Below are positions 9,830 through 20,272 of a DNA stretch of 46,060 bases, piece after piece. The DNA is taken from sequence record ON185589.1; one strand, 5' to 3'. The position numbers and the translations under genes are program-made. The notes below the pieces were generated by a model that did not search any database, was not told the DNA's origin, and saw only the letters and a program-made list of their open reading frames with translations. The stretch comes from Escherichia phage EC147. The number at the start of each line of letters is the position of its first letter. The first letter of the stretch is position 1.

Positions 9830-10492
9830 ATGCATTTACCAAATGGATCGCAAATTTTCGTTGAGAGAAATCGCGGCAGCGAAATCCAAGCAAAGGCAGT
9901 GTCAAACGATAAAGATCCTGTATTCACAGTTGCATCTGGTGGAACTGCGTACAAGAAAGGTGATTATGTGATCATCACTGCGTCTTCTTGGGGTAAGCTG
10001 ATTGATCGCGTTATGCGTGTAAAGGCTGACGGTAAAGAAACAAGCGTGACTCTTGAAGGCGTAGATACTAATGATCCGAACGTTTTCCCGACTGGAGGTA
10101 CTGCATCTTTTGCCAAAATTGATGCATGGACTGAGATCCCTTGCGTTCAAGATTTGTCGCAGGACGGCGGCGAACAGCAATACTACACTTATCAGTGTTT
10201 GGCAGACGATCAGGAGCAACAGTTGCCTACCTATAAGAGCGCCGTTTCTCTTACCTACACTTTTGCGCACGAATACGATAACGCGATCTATCCGCTATTA
10301 CGTTCAGCAGATGAATCAGGCGAAGTAACGGCGCTTCGCATGTATGTACCAAAAGCAAAAGAGATGCGTTGCTGGGCTGGTGTACTTTCGTTTAACGAGA
10401 TCCCACAAACGACCGTTAACGAAATTGAAACTGTTTCCCTTTCTGTATCCCTGAAAAGTCGATTCACCTTCCTACCTTCTCAAGTAGCATAA
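9830..10492 (+). CDS. major tail protein
   Basis: 220 aa, RBS AAGGAG, followed by strong terminator and then chaperone/tape-measure genes. Confidence 0.6.
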   Translation: MHLPNGSQIFVERNRGSEIQAKAVSNDKDPVFTVASGGTAYKKGDYVIITASSWGKLIDRVMRVKADGKETSVTLEGVDTNDPNVFPTGGTASFAKIDAWTEIPCVQDLSQDGGEQQYYTYQCLADDQEQQLPTYKSAVSLTYTFAHEYDNAIYPLLRSADESGEVTALRMYVPKAKEMRCWAGVLSFNEIPQTTVNEIETVSLSVSLKSRFTFLPSQVA

Positions 10493-10498
10493 TCACAA

Positions 10499-10522
10499 GG
10501 GGCGTTGCGCCCCTTTTTTTGT
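10499..10522 (+). terminator. rho-independent terminator
   Basis: GGGGCG-TTG-CGCCCC followed by TTTTTTT. Confidence 0.7.
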
Positions 10523-10534
10523 TACTGTACAATC

Positions 10535-10579
10535 ATGATACACGATTCATAATCAATTCTTTTAACAAAAAGTGCTGTT
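10535..10579 (-). promoter_or_regulatory. copy of conserved 21-bp element with -10-like TATCAT, antisense to tail genes
   Basis: minus-strand reading AACAGCACTTTTTGTTAAAAG + 18 nt + TATCAT; sits between terminator and tail chaperone RBS. Confidence 0.35.
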
Positions 10580-10591
10580 AAGGAGAAAGAA

Positions 10592-10909
10592 ATGTCAAAA
10601 ATGAAATTGACGCTTGGGCCGCTTCCTGACTTTAAATTACCAGTGAAATTTGCAATGCCCAACGGAGAAGATCAAACAATTGTATTTACGGTTCGTCATC
10701 GCAAAACAAGTGAGATTCACGAGCGATACACTTCGGACAATCCAATGAGCGATGTTGAAATGATCACCTTCCTTGCTTCCGGTTGGAATCTTGATGATGA
10801 ATTTAACGAAGAAAATATTAAACAGCTTCTTGATTACTACCCAGCAACAGCAATCGGATTAACTAGCGCATACATGAAAGCGCTTGCGGGGCAGCGAGTA
10901 AAAAACTAA
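10592..10909 (+). CDS. tail assembly chaperone (lambda G-like)
   Basis: 105 aa, RBS AAGGAG; ends at slippery heptamer A_AAA_AAC; directly upstream of tape measure gene. Confidence 0.75.
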   Translation: MSKMKLTLGPLPDFKLPVKFAMPNGEDQTIVFTVRHRKTSEIHERYTSDNPMSDVEMITFLASGWNLDDEFNEENIKQLLDYYPATAIGLTSAYMKALAGQRVKN

Positions 10910-11220
10910 AAAGGGCGGTTTACCTGTTTTATCAGAAACCGCCGACAGATGCAGAGCTTGAGGCCGTTGGCCTTACAAGGGCAGACTATGAAGGAGAATA
11001 TCCGCCAGAGGTTATATTTGATGAAAGCATGATGCAATCATGGGATATATTTTGCGCAATGCAAACGCAATGGAGATGTTCTGGCGGTGGCGCTTACGGA
11101 TTTGATTATAATGTCTTGCCTATGCTTTTTGAGATTTACAAGGTTGAGGATCGCGAGATGGCGCTAAACGACTTGCGAATCATGGAACAAAAAGCACTTG
11201 AAATGATGCATTCAAAATAA
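10592..11220 (+). CDS. tail assembly chaperone G-T fusion via programmed -1 frameshift
   Basis: -1 frame is open from the slippery site (10900-10906) through 11220, covering ORF 11029..11220; stem-loop 7 nt downstream; conserved G/GT arrangement before the tape measure gene. Confidence 0.65.
10900..10943 (+). promoter_or_regulatory. -1 frameshift site: slippery A_AAA_AAC plus downstream stem-loop
   Basis: heptamer 10900-10906 in X_XXY_YYZ register of the upstream ORF; 7-nt spacer; 8-bp stem GGCGGTTT / AAACCGCC (10914-10943). Confidence 0.65.
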
Positions 11221-11242
11221 GCGCCTACGGGCGCTTTTTTAT
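11221..11242 (+). terminator. terminator-like hairpin before tape measure gene
   Basis: GCGCC-TACG-GGCGC followed by TTTTTT. Confidence 0.5.
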
Positions 11243-11259
11243 TACCTGGAGGATTAATA

Positions 11260-13932
11260 ATGTCAGAACAATACGCAGGCTTGACGCTTGGGGTTGATGT
11301 ATCTCAACTCAACAATGCTGTAAAGTCTTTGCAGCAATTCAAGAAGGCAAACGACGACGCAAAGGGAAGCGTTGAGGGTTTTGTTGATTCAGAGGTTGTT
11401 GCAAGACAAAGATCCAAACAACTGGCTGAGGAATTGGCAAAGCAGAAGCAAGAATTTAAAGCAATTCAGTCGGCAATAGATCCGACAGCAAGCAAAATGG
11501 ATAAGTTGCGCCAGGCTGCGACACAGCTTGATGCGCTTTGGAAAAAAGGAATTGTGCCGGATGATACATTCTTTGAGTTAGGATCAATTCTTGAGACGCA
11601 GCAAAACAAACTGATCGCAACTAAAAAGGCTCTAACTGAAGAAGGCCGCGCGGCGCTTGAGGAAGCAAAAAACAAGGCAAGGGCAGAGGCTGAGGCAAGA
11701 AAGTTTATTGCGGCATTGCAGGCGCAAGCTGACGCAGCGGAAAAAACAAAATCAGAGCTTGTCGAAATGAGAGCCGCACAACTTGGAGTTAGTGCAGAGG
11801 CCGCGCCATTTATTGCAAAAATGAAGGAGCAGGAAAAACAAGCCTCAAAACTTGGCGTTTCTATGGGGCAGTACAAGCAAGCAATGGCGCAATTGCCAAT
11901 GCAAATCACTGACGTTGTTACTTCTCTTGCTTCAGGTATGCCAGTATGGATGATCGCAATCCAGCAGGGGGGACAAATCAAGGACTCATTCGGCGGTGTT
12001 GCTAATACGTTTAAAGCGCTAATGACATTTGTCACGCCTTTAAGTGTAGGAATGACGGCACTGACTGGTGCTCTTGGTTATGCTGCATATAATGCATACA
12101 AAGCAAATGCACAATTGAAGGAGATCACAAAAACCGTTCAGGAGGCAACTGGTCTTTCTGGTGATTTTGCGGAGAGGATTGCAACTGGAATCCAGGCGCT
12201 ATCTGACAAGACAGGTGAGAGCGCCGATAATCTGGCAAAGGCATACATAAGCACTAAGGATGGAGCAACCGAGGCCATACAAAAACTCGTCGATGTTGGA
12301 TTTACCTATGACGAAGCAAAGGCAAAAGTAAACGAATACAAAAACGCATCAAGTTTTGTAAGTCTTAACAATGAAATCGCTGATCATAAAAACAAAGTTC
12401 TTGAGCTTGGCGATTCATGGTATGCGGTCTTAAAAGCAAAGCGTGATTATGCTTCACCTTCCGGCGGGCTGTTGGGGAAAGAGCTTGGTTATGTGAATCC
12501 AATGCTGCAATTTGCAAAGAACACCTATGAGGATATAGGAAAGATCGTAAAAGATGCGAATAAGGATATGGCGGAACGAGCAGCACGCATCGACAGAGAA
12601 AACCTTTCCTTAAACAGAGTTCGAGCGGCGCAAGAGGCTTTAAACAAAGCCATAGAGGATCAGAAGAACGTAGCAAGGACAGCAGACGAAGAGTTGAAAA
12701 AACGAGCGGCTGAGAACGTTGAGTTCAGGCGAAAAGAGCTTGAAGAGGCGAAGAAGGCACAGCAGCAAAAGGAAAAAGTTGGTGGAGTTGTAAAAGCACC
12801 AACAGAGCAGCTTGATAAGGAGTTATATGTTCTCAAAGCGCAACTTGAAACACTAAAAGAGCACCGAACTGTAAATGATGTTATTTCACGCCAGAGGCAA
12901 TCTTTGTGGAGCATTGAAAAGCAGATCCAGATCCTGGAGGAAGCGCAAAGCAAACGTAAGCTGACAAAAGCGGAACAGGCGTTACTAAACGAGCAAAAAG
13001 CAGTTATTGCTATGGCAAAAGAAAAGGCCGAGATAGGCGATCAGATTGTTTTGCAACAGAGAAAGAATAAGCAATACCAGGAAGGTCTTAAATTCATTCA
13101 GCAAACATCAGATGCTATTGACGCTATGAACTTGCGACAGTCTGGAGCTACAGATCTGCAAATCCAGCGAGAGCTTGAGTTGAAGAAGTTGCGAACTGAT
13201 TATGTTGCTGGCGGAGGTAGTATCGACGATGAAATTTATCAGCAGATGGAAGCAAAGCTGAAAGAGTATTACGCCACTGAGGATCAGCTAAGAAATAACT
13301 GGATTGCAGGAGCAAAAAACGCATGGGAGGTTTACGGACAAGATGCAATGGATATGTACGGAAACGTGCAAGATATTGCAAGCCAGGCGCTCAACGGTCT
13401 AACCAACCAAATGGCTACATTCCTTGCAACAGGCAAGGCAAACTTTAAGAGCTTCGCAACGTCAATCATCCAAATGATTATCCAGATGATCACGAAGATG
13501 GTTATCTTTAATGCCATATCTGGTGCGATTGGCGGTGACACTTGGACGATTGGAAGCCTTCTTAAGAATGTTGGATTTGCAACTGGTGGATACACTGGCG
13601 ACGGCGGGAAGTATGAGCCAGCAGGTGTTGTCCATAAAGGCGAGTTTGTCATGACGAAGGAGGCCACGAAGCGGATCGGAGTTGGAAACCTTTACAAAAT
13701 GATGCGCGGTTATGCAAATGGCGGCGTTGTTGGCGGAACTTCATACACTGGCGGCGGCGTTTCATCAGGAGCAACAAACCTTAATATTGGTGGGATTAGC
13801 GTTGATATTAACAACGGAAACGATCCGAAGGGGTTAGAGACTGGCGTAAAAATGATTTTCACTGATATGATTAAGCGTTCCTGTACGCAGGGTGGGGAAG
13901 TTTACGAATTTGTTATGTCTAAGCGGGGGTGA
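11260..13932 (+). CDS. tail tape measure protein
   Basis: 890 aa; long Ala/Lys/Glu/Gln-rich coiled-coil region; Gly-rich C-terminus; RBS GGAGG; follows G/GT chaperone. Confidence 0.9.
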   Translation: MSEQYAGLTLGVDVSQLNNAVKSLQQFKKANDDAKGSVEGFVDSEVVARQRSKQLAEELAKQKQEFKAIQSAIDPTASKMDKLRQAATQLDALWKKGIVPDDTFFELGSILETQQNKLIATKKALTEEGRAALEEAKNKARAEAEARKFIAALQAQADAAEKTKSELVEMRAAQLGVSAEAAPFIAKMKEQEKQASKLGVSMGQYKQAMAQLPMQITDVVTSLASGMPVWMIAIQQGGQIKDSFGGVANTFKALMTFVTPLSVGMTALTGALGYAAYNAYKANAQLKEITKTVQEATGLSGDFAERIATGIQALSDKTGESADNLAKAYISTKDGATEAIQKLVDVGFTYDEAKAKVNEYKNASSFVSLNNEIADHKNKVLELGDSWYAVLKAKRDYASPSGGLLGKELGYVNPMLQFAKNTYEDIGKIVKDANKDMAERAARIDRENLSLNRVRAAQEALNKAIEDQKNVARTADEELKKRAAENVEFRRKELEEAKKAQQQKEKVGGVVKAPTEQLDKELYVLKAQLETLKEHRTVNDVISRQRQSLWSIEKQIQILEEAQSKRKLTKAEQALLNEQKAVIAMAKEKAEIGDQIVLQQRKNKQYQEGLKFIQQTSDAIDAMNLRQSGATDLQIQRELELKKLRTDYVAGGGSIDDEIYQQMEAKLKEYYATEDQLRNNWIAGAKNAWEVYGQDAMDMYGNVQDIASQALNGLTNQMATFLATGKANFKSFATSIIQMIIQMITKMVIFNAISGAIGGDTWTIGSLLKNVGFATGGYTGDGGKYEPAGVVHKGEFVMTKEATKRIGVGNLYKMMRGYANGGVVGGTSYTGGGVSSGATNLNIGGISVDINNGNDPKGLETGVKMIFTDMIKRSCTQGGEVYEFVMSKRG

Positions 13933-13988
13933 TAGTGAAACTTGAGCAATTCAAATGGTGCACGCAAACGCAAGGAGGCGGCGGCACT

Positions 13989-14285
13989 ATGACCACATCA
14001 AATAACGACAGGGAAATCTCATTTGGTAATGGTTACACGCAGGTTGCTTCAGGAGGGTTTAACACGGTACGCAGGGAGTTTTCCATTGTCTATGTTGGCA
14101 AGGATTACAGAGACGTTGTTGACTTTCTGAATGGACACAGGCTGAAGCCGTTTTTATGGTTTATGCCTGACGGTCAACCTGGTCTATTCAGGATAAAATC
14201 TGGTAGCGTTGGATTAACTCCAATATCAGCAACCGTTCAGGAAGTGAAAGCAACATTTACTGAGCAATTTACATCAATGCAATAA
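13989..14285 (+). CDS. minor tail protein (lambda M-like)
   Basis: ORF track start 13929 is GTG overlapping tape measure; ATG at 13989 preceded by AAGGAGG; 98 aa; first gene after tape measure. Confidence 0.7.
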   Translation: MTTSNNDREISFGNGYTQVASGGFNTVRREFSIVYVGKDYRDVVDFLNGHRLKPFLWFMPDGQPGLFRIKSGSVGLTPISATVQEVKATFTEQFTSMQ

Positions 14286-14290
14286 TTCAA

Positions 14291-14314
14291 GCCGCCTTTG
14301 TGCGGCTTTTTTAT
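14291..14314 (+). terminator. terminator-like hairpin
   Basis: GCCGC-CTTTGT-GCGGC followed by TTTTTT. Confidence 0.5.
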
Positions 14315-14346
14315 TGATGATACAATGCACGAAAGGAGGTGCAATT

Positions 14347-15108
14347 ATGGCTAATGAAACAACAGGTCGCGCGGATCTTGAAAATTGTCTGCAAAGCCTT
14401 TACCCTGGCGAGATTATCACGCTAATTGAAATTGACGGCACAAAGTTTGGCGCAAACATTTACCGCATACACAATGAGAACATCTCATACACTGCGGAAG
14501 AATTATTGCAGGCGCGAGAAACTGGAGTTCTTCCGCCGAAAGAGATTACATTCCGTGGTGAGGTTTACGGCGCGCGCCCGTTCGGAATATCTGGAATCAA
14601 CTTCACAAGCAACGGAAAGGCTGATAAGCCACAATTGATACTATCAAACCTTGATAGCCAGGTGAGCGCGATGATTCGCAACTTTAACGGCATGATGCAA
14701 GCTAAGGTTACAATCTGGATTACGCCAGCGGAATTAATGGGGAAAGATGGCAGCATTAAAGATGGAGCTTCAAGAAAGCTGGTTTACTACATTGAGCGCC
14801 CAAGCCACTACAATAGGATGATGGCAAAATTTGATCTGACATCGCCTTATGATATGGATGGAATAATGATTCCTCCTCGAATAACTCAAAGCGTTTGTTA
14901 TTGGGCGCAGCGTGGATGGTATCGAAGCGGAAAAGGTTGCGGATACAATGGATCGCGAATGTTTGACAAAGACAACAATCCTGTAACCGATCCATCTCAA
15001 GACTTTTGCGCCGGAACTGTAACCGCGTGTAAACTTCGGTTTGGTGCAGATCAGCAGCTTGATTTTGGCGGTGCACCAGTAGCAAGCCTGTTAAGGAGAA
15101 ATCAGTGA
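14347..15108 (+). CDS. minor tail protein (lambda L-like)
   Basis: ATG at 14347 after AGGAGG (ORF track 14314 is TTG); 253 aa; C-terminal Cys cluster (CYWAQ, GKGCG, FCAG, TAC) consistent with the gpL Fe-S site. Confidence 0.75.
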   Translation: MANETTGRADLENCLQSLYPGEIITLIEIDGTKFGANIYRIHNENISYTAEELLQARETGVLPPKEITFRGEVYGARPFGISGINFTSNGKADKPQLILSNLDSQVSAMIRNFNGMMQAKVTIWITPAELMGKDGSIKDGASRKLVYYIERPSHYNRMMAKFDLTSPYDMDGIMIPPRITQSVCYWAQRGWYRSGKGCGYNGSRMFDKDNNPVTDPSQDFCAGTVTACKLRFGADQQLDFGGAPVASLLRRNQ

Positions 15109-15839
15109 TGATTAGTGCAAAAATAAAACTTGAAATAATGCAGCACGTAAAAGATGAATACCCGCGAGAGGCGTGCGGTGTTATCACTCAAAAATCACGC
15201 GCGCAAAAATACCACCGCATAAACAACGTGCATAATGATCCTGAAAATCATTTTGAGATGGACGCAATTGAATACGTTGAGGCTTGTGAAAGTGGTGAGC
15301 TTATTGCTGTTGTGCATAGCCACACAGGAGACGGGGCAAGTACAATTCCAAGCGCCCATGATACATGCATGTGTGATGAAATGGGTGTTTCATGGGTTAT
15401 TTTGTCATGGCCAGAAGGTGACATGAGAATCATAGAGCCTGAATCTCGTCCCCTGATTGGTCGCCCGTGGTCGCTTGGTTCTTATGATTGCTGGGGTCTT
15501 ATTATGGCATGGCACAAGCAACATGGGGTTATCCTGAATGATTTCAGGAAACCATATGAATGGTGGAAGCCTGAGCACGGTGAAAATCTTTATCAAGAAA
15601 ATTATCTGAAAGAGGGTTTTGTTGAAACAGGAGAGCCGCCAAAACCTGGTGATATGGTTATCTTTCAGCTTTCCGCGCCAGTTTGGAATCATGCAGGCAT
15701 TTATCTTGGCAACAATCAGTTGCTTCATCATGCCTTTGGTAAGTTGTCGAGGGTTGATTTGTATTCTGGATGGTATCAGGAACATGTAAAAATGGTTTGT
15801 AGACATAAGGATCTGAAATATGACTTTGAAGGTGATTAA
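15105..15839 (+). CDS. tail tip assembly protein (lambda K-like; MPN/JAMM + NlpC/P60)
   Basis: JAMM motif HSHTGDGASTIPSAHD and NlpC/P60-like DCWG..H..H; start is GTG 15105 or ATG 15108. Confidence 0.85.
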   Translation: MMISAKIKLEIMQHVKDEYPREACGVITQKSRAQKYHRINNVHNDPENHFEMDAIEYVEACESGELIAVVHSHTGDGASTIPSAHDTCMCDEMGVSWVILSWPEGDMRIIEPESRPLIGRPWSLGSYDCWGLIMAWHKQHGVILNDFRKPYEWWKPEHGENLYQENYLKEGFVETGEPPKPGDMVIFQLSAPVWNHAGIYLGNNQLLHHAFGKLSRVDLYSGWYQEHVKMVCRHKDLKYDFEGD

Positions 15840-16416
15840 ATTATCTGGATCTTTAGGGCGAAGATTTGGTGTATTTCATAAGATGGCTGTTGACTCATAC
15901 CCTGAAGCAATCCGTGCGCTATCTTCGCAGGTGGAAGGATTCAAGGAATACATGCAAAGCGAAGTAGGATCGCGAATGCGTTATGCTGTATTTGTTGACG
16001 GCAATAATGTAGGACAGCACGATGAAAAAGCGTGGCAATGCGCAAAGGAAGTGAGGATTATTCCAATCCCAACAGGTTCAAAGTCTGGCGGGTTGTTTCA
16101 GGTTGTTCTTGGCGCGGTTATTATGACGACTGCATTTTTCACTGGCGGCGCTTCACTTGCGTTGATGGGTGCTTTTGCATCGTCTGCTTTTATGATGGGT
16201 GGCGCTATGGTGCTGGGTGGCGTAATGCAGATGATTTCACCACAGCAAGGAGGGTCGCGGTTATCATCCCAATCAGCAGAGAATAAGCCGTCTTACGCTT
16301 TCGGTGGCGCTGTTAACACAACGGCGGCAGGATACCCAATACCATTGCCATATGGTCAGAGGACCGTTGGCGGTGCTATCTGGTCGGCTGGAAGCTATGC
16401 AGAGGATAAGGCTTAA
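15820..16416 (+). CDS. tail assembly protein (lambda I-like)
   Basis: 198 aa; Gly/Ala-rich hydrophobic C-terminal half; overlaps K-like gene; directly precedes J-like gene. Confidence 0.75.
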   Translation: MTLKVIKLSGSLGRRFGVFHKMAVDSYPEAIRALSSQVEGFKEYMQSEVGSRMRYAVFVDGNNVGQHDEKAWQCAKEVRIIPIPTGSKSGGLFQVVLGAVIMTTAFFTGGASLALMGAFASSAFMMGGAMVLGGVMQMISPQQGGSRLSSQSAENKPSYAFGGAVNTTAAGYPIPLPYGQRTVGGAIWSAGSYAEDKA

Positions 16417-16425
16417 TATAAAAGA

Positions 16426-16452
16426 GTCGCGCGTTGCGCGGCTTTTTTTTTG
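16426..16452 (+). terminator. rho-independent terminator
   Basis: GTCGCGC-GTT-GCGCGGC followed by a 9-T run. Confidence 0.6.
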
Positions 16453-16496
16453 CCCGTATAATTCAACAAATCAAATAGCACAAAAGGTGAAAAAGT

Positions 16497-19400
16497 ATGA
16501 CTGAAAATATGATAACGGGCAGTAAGGGCGGATCATCAAAACCTTATGTTCCGAAAGAGATGGAAGATAACCTGATCTCAATCAACAAAATCAAAATCCT
16601 TCTTGCCGTTTCCGATGGCGAGTGCGATCCAGATTTTACACTTCGCGATCTGTATCTTGATGATGTTCCGGTAATTGCAGACGACGGAACTGTTAACTAC
16701 CAGGGTGTGAAAGCTGAATTTCGACCTGGAACGCAGACGCAAGATTACATCCAGGGGTTTACTGACACATCAAGCGAAGTGACGCTGGCGCGTGACATTA
16801 CTACATCAAATCCTTATGTAATTTCTGTAACCAACAAAACATTATCGGCTATCAGAATCAAAATGCTAATGCCAACAGGCATTAGACAAGAGGATAACGG
16901 CGATCTTGTCGGCGTTAAGGTTACTTATGCTGTTGATATGGCTGTTGACGGAGACTCTTACAAAGAGGTATTGCTAGACACTATCGAAGGTAAAACGCGT
17001 TCCGGTTACGACAGAAGCCGGAGGATTGACCTTCCGGCATTTAATGATCGCGTACTACTTAGGGTTAGAAGGGTTACGGCAGACAGCACATCTTTTCGTG
17101 TTACTGATCTGATTAAGCTACAAAGTTACGCTGAGGTTATTGATGCAAAATTCCGTTATCCTCTGACTGGTCTTGTATACGTTGAATTTGACAGTGAGTT
17201 GTTCCCTAACCAGATCCCTAACATTTCAATCAAGAAGAAATGGAAGTTGATTAATGTTCCGAGCAATTACGATACGGTAATGCGAGAGTATCACGGTTCA
17301 TGGGATGGTACATTCAAGAAAGCGTGGTCGAACAATCCGTCGTGGGTACTTTATGACATTATCACAAACCAGCGATACGGATTAGATCAGAGAGAACTTG
17401 GTGTGCATGTTGACAAATGGAGTCTTTACGAAGCGGCGCAATACTGCGATCAGAAAGTGCCTGACGGAAAAGGAGGCACAGAGCCACGCTATCTATGTGA
17501 TGTTGTTATCCAGAGTAAGATTGAGGCTTATCAGCTTATTCGTGATATTTGCTCAATCTTCCGAGGCATGAGCTTTTGGAATGGCGAGAGCTTGTCAATC
17601 GTCATTGATAAGCCGCGCGATCCGTCGTACATCTTCACCAATGACAACGTTGTTGATGGTGATTTTCAGTACACAACAGCAAGCGAAAAGAGCATGTACA
17701 CGCAGTGCAACGTGACGTTCGACGACGAACAAAACATGTATCAACAGGACGTTGAGGGCGTATTCGACACCGAGGCAGCATTGCGATTTGGATACAATCC
17801 AACAAGCATAACAGCTATCGGATGTACACGCAGGAGTGAGGCTAATCGGCGCGGTCGATGGATACTAAAAACCAACTTGCGCAGCACTACGGTAAACTTT
17901 GCTACTGGACTGGAAGGCATGATCCCATCAATAGGTGATGTGATTGCTATTTCTGACAATTTTCACAGCAGCAACCTTAAATTAAACCTATCAGGTCGCG
18001 TGATGGAAGTTTCCGGCTTGCAGGTGTTCGCTCCGTTTAAGATTGACGCGCGACCAGGTGATTTCATTATCATCAACAAGCCTGACGGAAAGCCAGTTAA
18101 GCGCACAATCTCAAAGGTAAGCGGTGACGGAAAAACCATTGAGTTAAACATTGGGTTTGGATTTGAAGTTAAACCGGACACGGTTTTTGCAATCGACCGC
18201 ACTGATATTGCATTGCAGCAATACGTTGTAACGAGTATCGGCAAAGGTGATGATGATGATGAATTTACATACTCCATCACAGCTGTTGAATATGACCCGA
18301 ACAAATACGACGAGATTGATTATGGAGTAAACATTGACGACAGGCCAACTTCAATTGTCCAGCCTGACACAATGGCAGCGCCTGAAAATGTGCAAATATC
18401 CTCCTACTCGCGAATTGTCCAGGGTGCAAGCGTTGAAACAATGGTTGTGTCGTGGGATAAAGTACCTTACGCATCGCTGTATGAAATGCAGTGGCGAAAA
18501 GGTGATGGCAACTGGCTGAATACACCACAGACTGCAAACAAAGAAATTGAGGTTGAAGGTATTTATTCAGGAAACTACCAGGTAAGGGTAAGATCTGTTT
18601 CTGCTTCCGGTTCTACGTCGCCGTGGTCCAGAATTGTGACAGCTTCACTGACTGGTAAGGTAGGAGAGCCAGGCGCGCCAGTTAACTTAACTGCATCCGA
18701 CAATGAGGTGTTTGGCATTCGTGTTAAGTGGGGGATGCCAGAAGGGAGCGGAGACACGGCATACATTGAGCTTCATCAGTCGCCTGATGGAACGGCTGAA
18801 AACTCAAGCCTGTTAACGCTGATCCCATATCCACAATATGAATACTGGCACGGTACGCTTCCGGCTGGTCATGTTGTATGGTATAGAATCCGCAGCGTTG
18901 ACAGAATCGGCAACGTTTCCGGCTGGACTGATTTTGTTAGAGGTATGGCTTCAGATGATGTGGAGGCTGTTTTAGGAGATATTCTTGATAAGATTTTTGA
19001 TACTGAAGCAGATCAGGATCTGAAAGAGAACGCCATTGACAGTGCAAACAAGATAAAGGACCAGGCGCAAAGCATCATTCAAAACGCATTAGCGAATGAT
19101 ACTGACGTTAGGATTATGAGGAAGGAAAACGGCAAGCGCAAAGCCGAGTTTAAACAATCAATCCAATTGATCGCAAATGAAACGGAAGCGCGCGTTACCG
19201 CAATGACGCAACTAAAGGCTGAATTTGACGAGGAGATAACTAGCGAAGTAACGAGACTTGATCAGGCAATTGCAACAGAATCGGAAACGCGAGCCACAGC
19301 CATTGAGGAATTGAAATCACAGATTGGTGATGATATTCAGGGGCAATTAACGAGAGTTGAGGAGGCGATTGCAAGCGAAACAGAGGCGCGCGTTTCGGCT

Positions 19401-19922
19401 GATACAGCATTAACAGCGAAGTTTGGAGATGTTGAATCAGCGCTGACTGAGAAACTTGATTCATGGGCTGGCGTTAATGGAGTTGGCGCACAGTACGCAA
19501 TGAAACTTGGATTGACATACAACGGGCAGAAGTACAGCGCCGGAATGGTCATGCAGTTATCAAACAGCAATCAAGGGTTGATCTCACAAATCCTGTTTGA
19601 TGCTGGCAGATTTGCGATCATGACGAGTTCTACTGGAGGATCGTATACATTGCCTTTCGTGGTCGAAAATAACCAAGTTTTCATTAACAGCCTGTTAGTG
19701 AAAAACGGATCAATCACAAACGCCATGATCGGTAACTTCATCCAATCAAACAATTATGTTTGGAATCAAACAGGATGGAGGCTGGATAAAAACGGCACGT
19801 TTGAAAATTATGGTTCTACTCCTGGAGAAGGGGCCATGAAGTTGACAAACGAAACGATAAGTGTACGAGACGCAAACGGGCGCTTGCGTGTTCAGATTGG
19901 TAGGCTTACTGGTACGTGGTAA
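16497..19922 (+). CDS. tail tip / central fiber protein (lambda J-like host specificity protein)
   Basis: 1141 aa; follows the M/L/K/I-like genes in lambda order; RBS AAGGTGA. Confidence 0.85.
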   Translation: MTENMITGSKGGSSKPYVPKEMEDNLISINKIKILLAVSDGECDPDFTLRDLYLDDVPVIADDGTVNYQGVKAEFRPGTQTQDYIQGFTDTSSEVTLARDITTSNPYVISVTNKTLSAIRIKMLMPTGIRQEDNGDLVGVKVTYAVDMAVDGDSYKEVLLDTIEGKTRSGYDRSRRIDLPAFNDRVLLRVRRVTADSTSFRVTDLIKLQSYAEVIDAKFRYPLTGLVYVEFDSELFPNQIPNISIKKKWKLINVPSNYDTVMREYHGSWDGTFKKAWSNNPSWVLYDIITNQRYGLDQRELGVHVDKWSLYEAAQYCDQKVPDGKGGTEPRYLCDVVIQSKIEAYQLIRDICSIFRGMSFWNGESLSIVIDKPRDPSYIFTNDNVVDGDFQYTTASEKSMYTQCNVTFDDEQNMYQQDVEGVFDTEAALRFGYNPTSITAIGCTRRSEANRRGRWILKTNLRSTTVNFATGLEGMIPSIGDVIAISDNFHSSNLKLNLSGRVMEVSGLQVFAPFKIDARPGDFIIINKPDGKPVKRTISKVSGDGKTIELNIGFGFEVKPDTVFAIDRTDIALQQYVVTSIGKGDDDDEFTYSITAVEYDPNKYDEIDYGVNIDDRPTSIVQPDTMAAPENVQISSYSRIVQGASVETMVVSWDKVPYASLYEMQWRKGDGNWLNTPQTANKEIEVEGIYSGNYQVRVRSVSASGSTSPWSRIVTASLTGKVGEPGAPVNLTASDNEVFGIRVKWGMPEGSGDTAYIELHQSPDGTAENSSLLTLIPYPQYEYWHGTLPAGHVVWYRIRSVDRIGNVSGWTDFVRGMASDDVEAVLGDILDKIFDTEADQDLKENAIDSANKIKDQAQSIIQNALANDTDVRIMRKENGKRKAEFKQSIQLIANETEARVTAMTQLKAEFDEEITSEVTRLDQAIATESETRATAIEELKSQIGDDIQGQLTRVEEAIASETEARVSADTALTAKFGDVESALTEKLDSWAGVNGVGAQYAMKLGLTYNGQKYSAGMVMQLSNSNQGLISQILFDAGRFAIMTSSTGGSYTLPFVVENNQVFINSLLVKNGSITNAMIGNFIQSNNYVWNQTGWRLDKNGTFENYGSTPGEGAMKLTNETISVRDANGRLRVQIGRLTGTW

Positions 19923-19929
19923 AATCAAA

Positions 19930-19952
19930 GCGGGGCGTTTGCCCCGCATTTA
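19930..19952 (+). terminator. terminator-like hairpin
   Basis: GCGGGGC-GTTT-GCCCCGC followed by ATTTAT. Confidence 0.45.
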
Positions 19953-19965
19953 TGGAGGTTTAATA

Positions 19966-20271
19966 ATGGCTGAGTATGGAATTTCAACGTGGGATGCAAA
20001 CGGTAATTATAATAACTATGGGATCAAACCTGTTTCAGTTGTTGGTATCATTTCTTTAAGTCAAGGCCAAACAAGTGGATCTTGGTCCTTTACAATACCA
20101 AGCGGGATGAAAGTCGGATTCGCAATTGCCCTTGATCAAGGTGATGTTGGAGTTGGGAGGAATATAGTAGCATCAGGAAATACAATAAAAGTTTCACCTG
20201 CAAGTAACGTTGGGCCTGGAAATTATGCTGCGTCTGCTTGTGAATTGATAGTTTTTGTGGAGAAATCTTAA
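19966..20271 (+). CDS. hypothetical protein (tail fiber-associated by position)
   Basis: ATG at 19966 after GGAGG; 101 aa; directly downstream of J-like gene. Confidence 0.45.
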   Translation: MAEYGISTWDANGNYNNYGIKPVSVVGIISLSQGQTSGSWSFTIPSGMKVGFAIALDQGDVGVGRNIVASGNTIKVSPASNVGPGNYAASACELIVFVEKS

Positions 20272-20272
20272 T

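Noticed and set aside
11466-13667. Several minus-strand ORFs (11466..12035, 12365..12676, 12660..12953, 13148..13381, 13332..13667) inside the tape measure gene
   Set aside because: Antisense to a long, well-supported gene; low-complexity Ala/Ser-rich translations typical of the reverse frame of coiled-coil coding sequence; no RBS.
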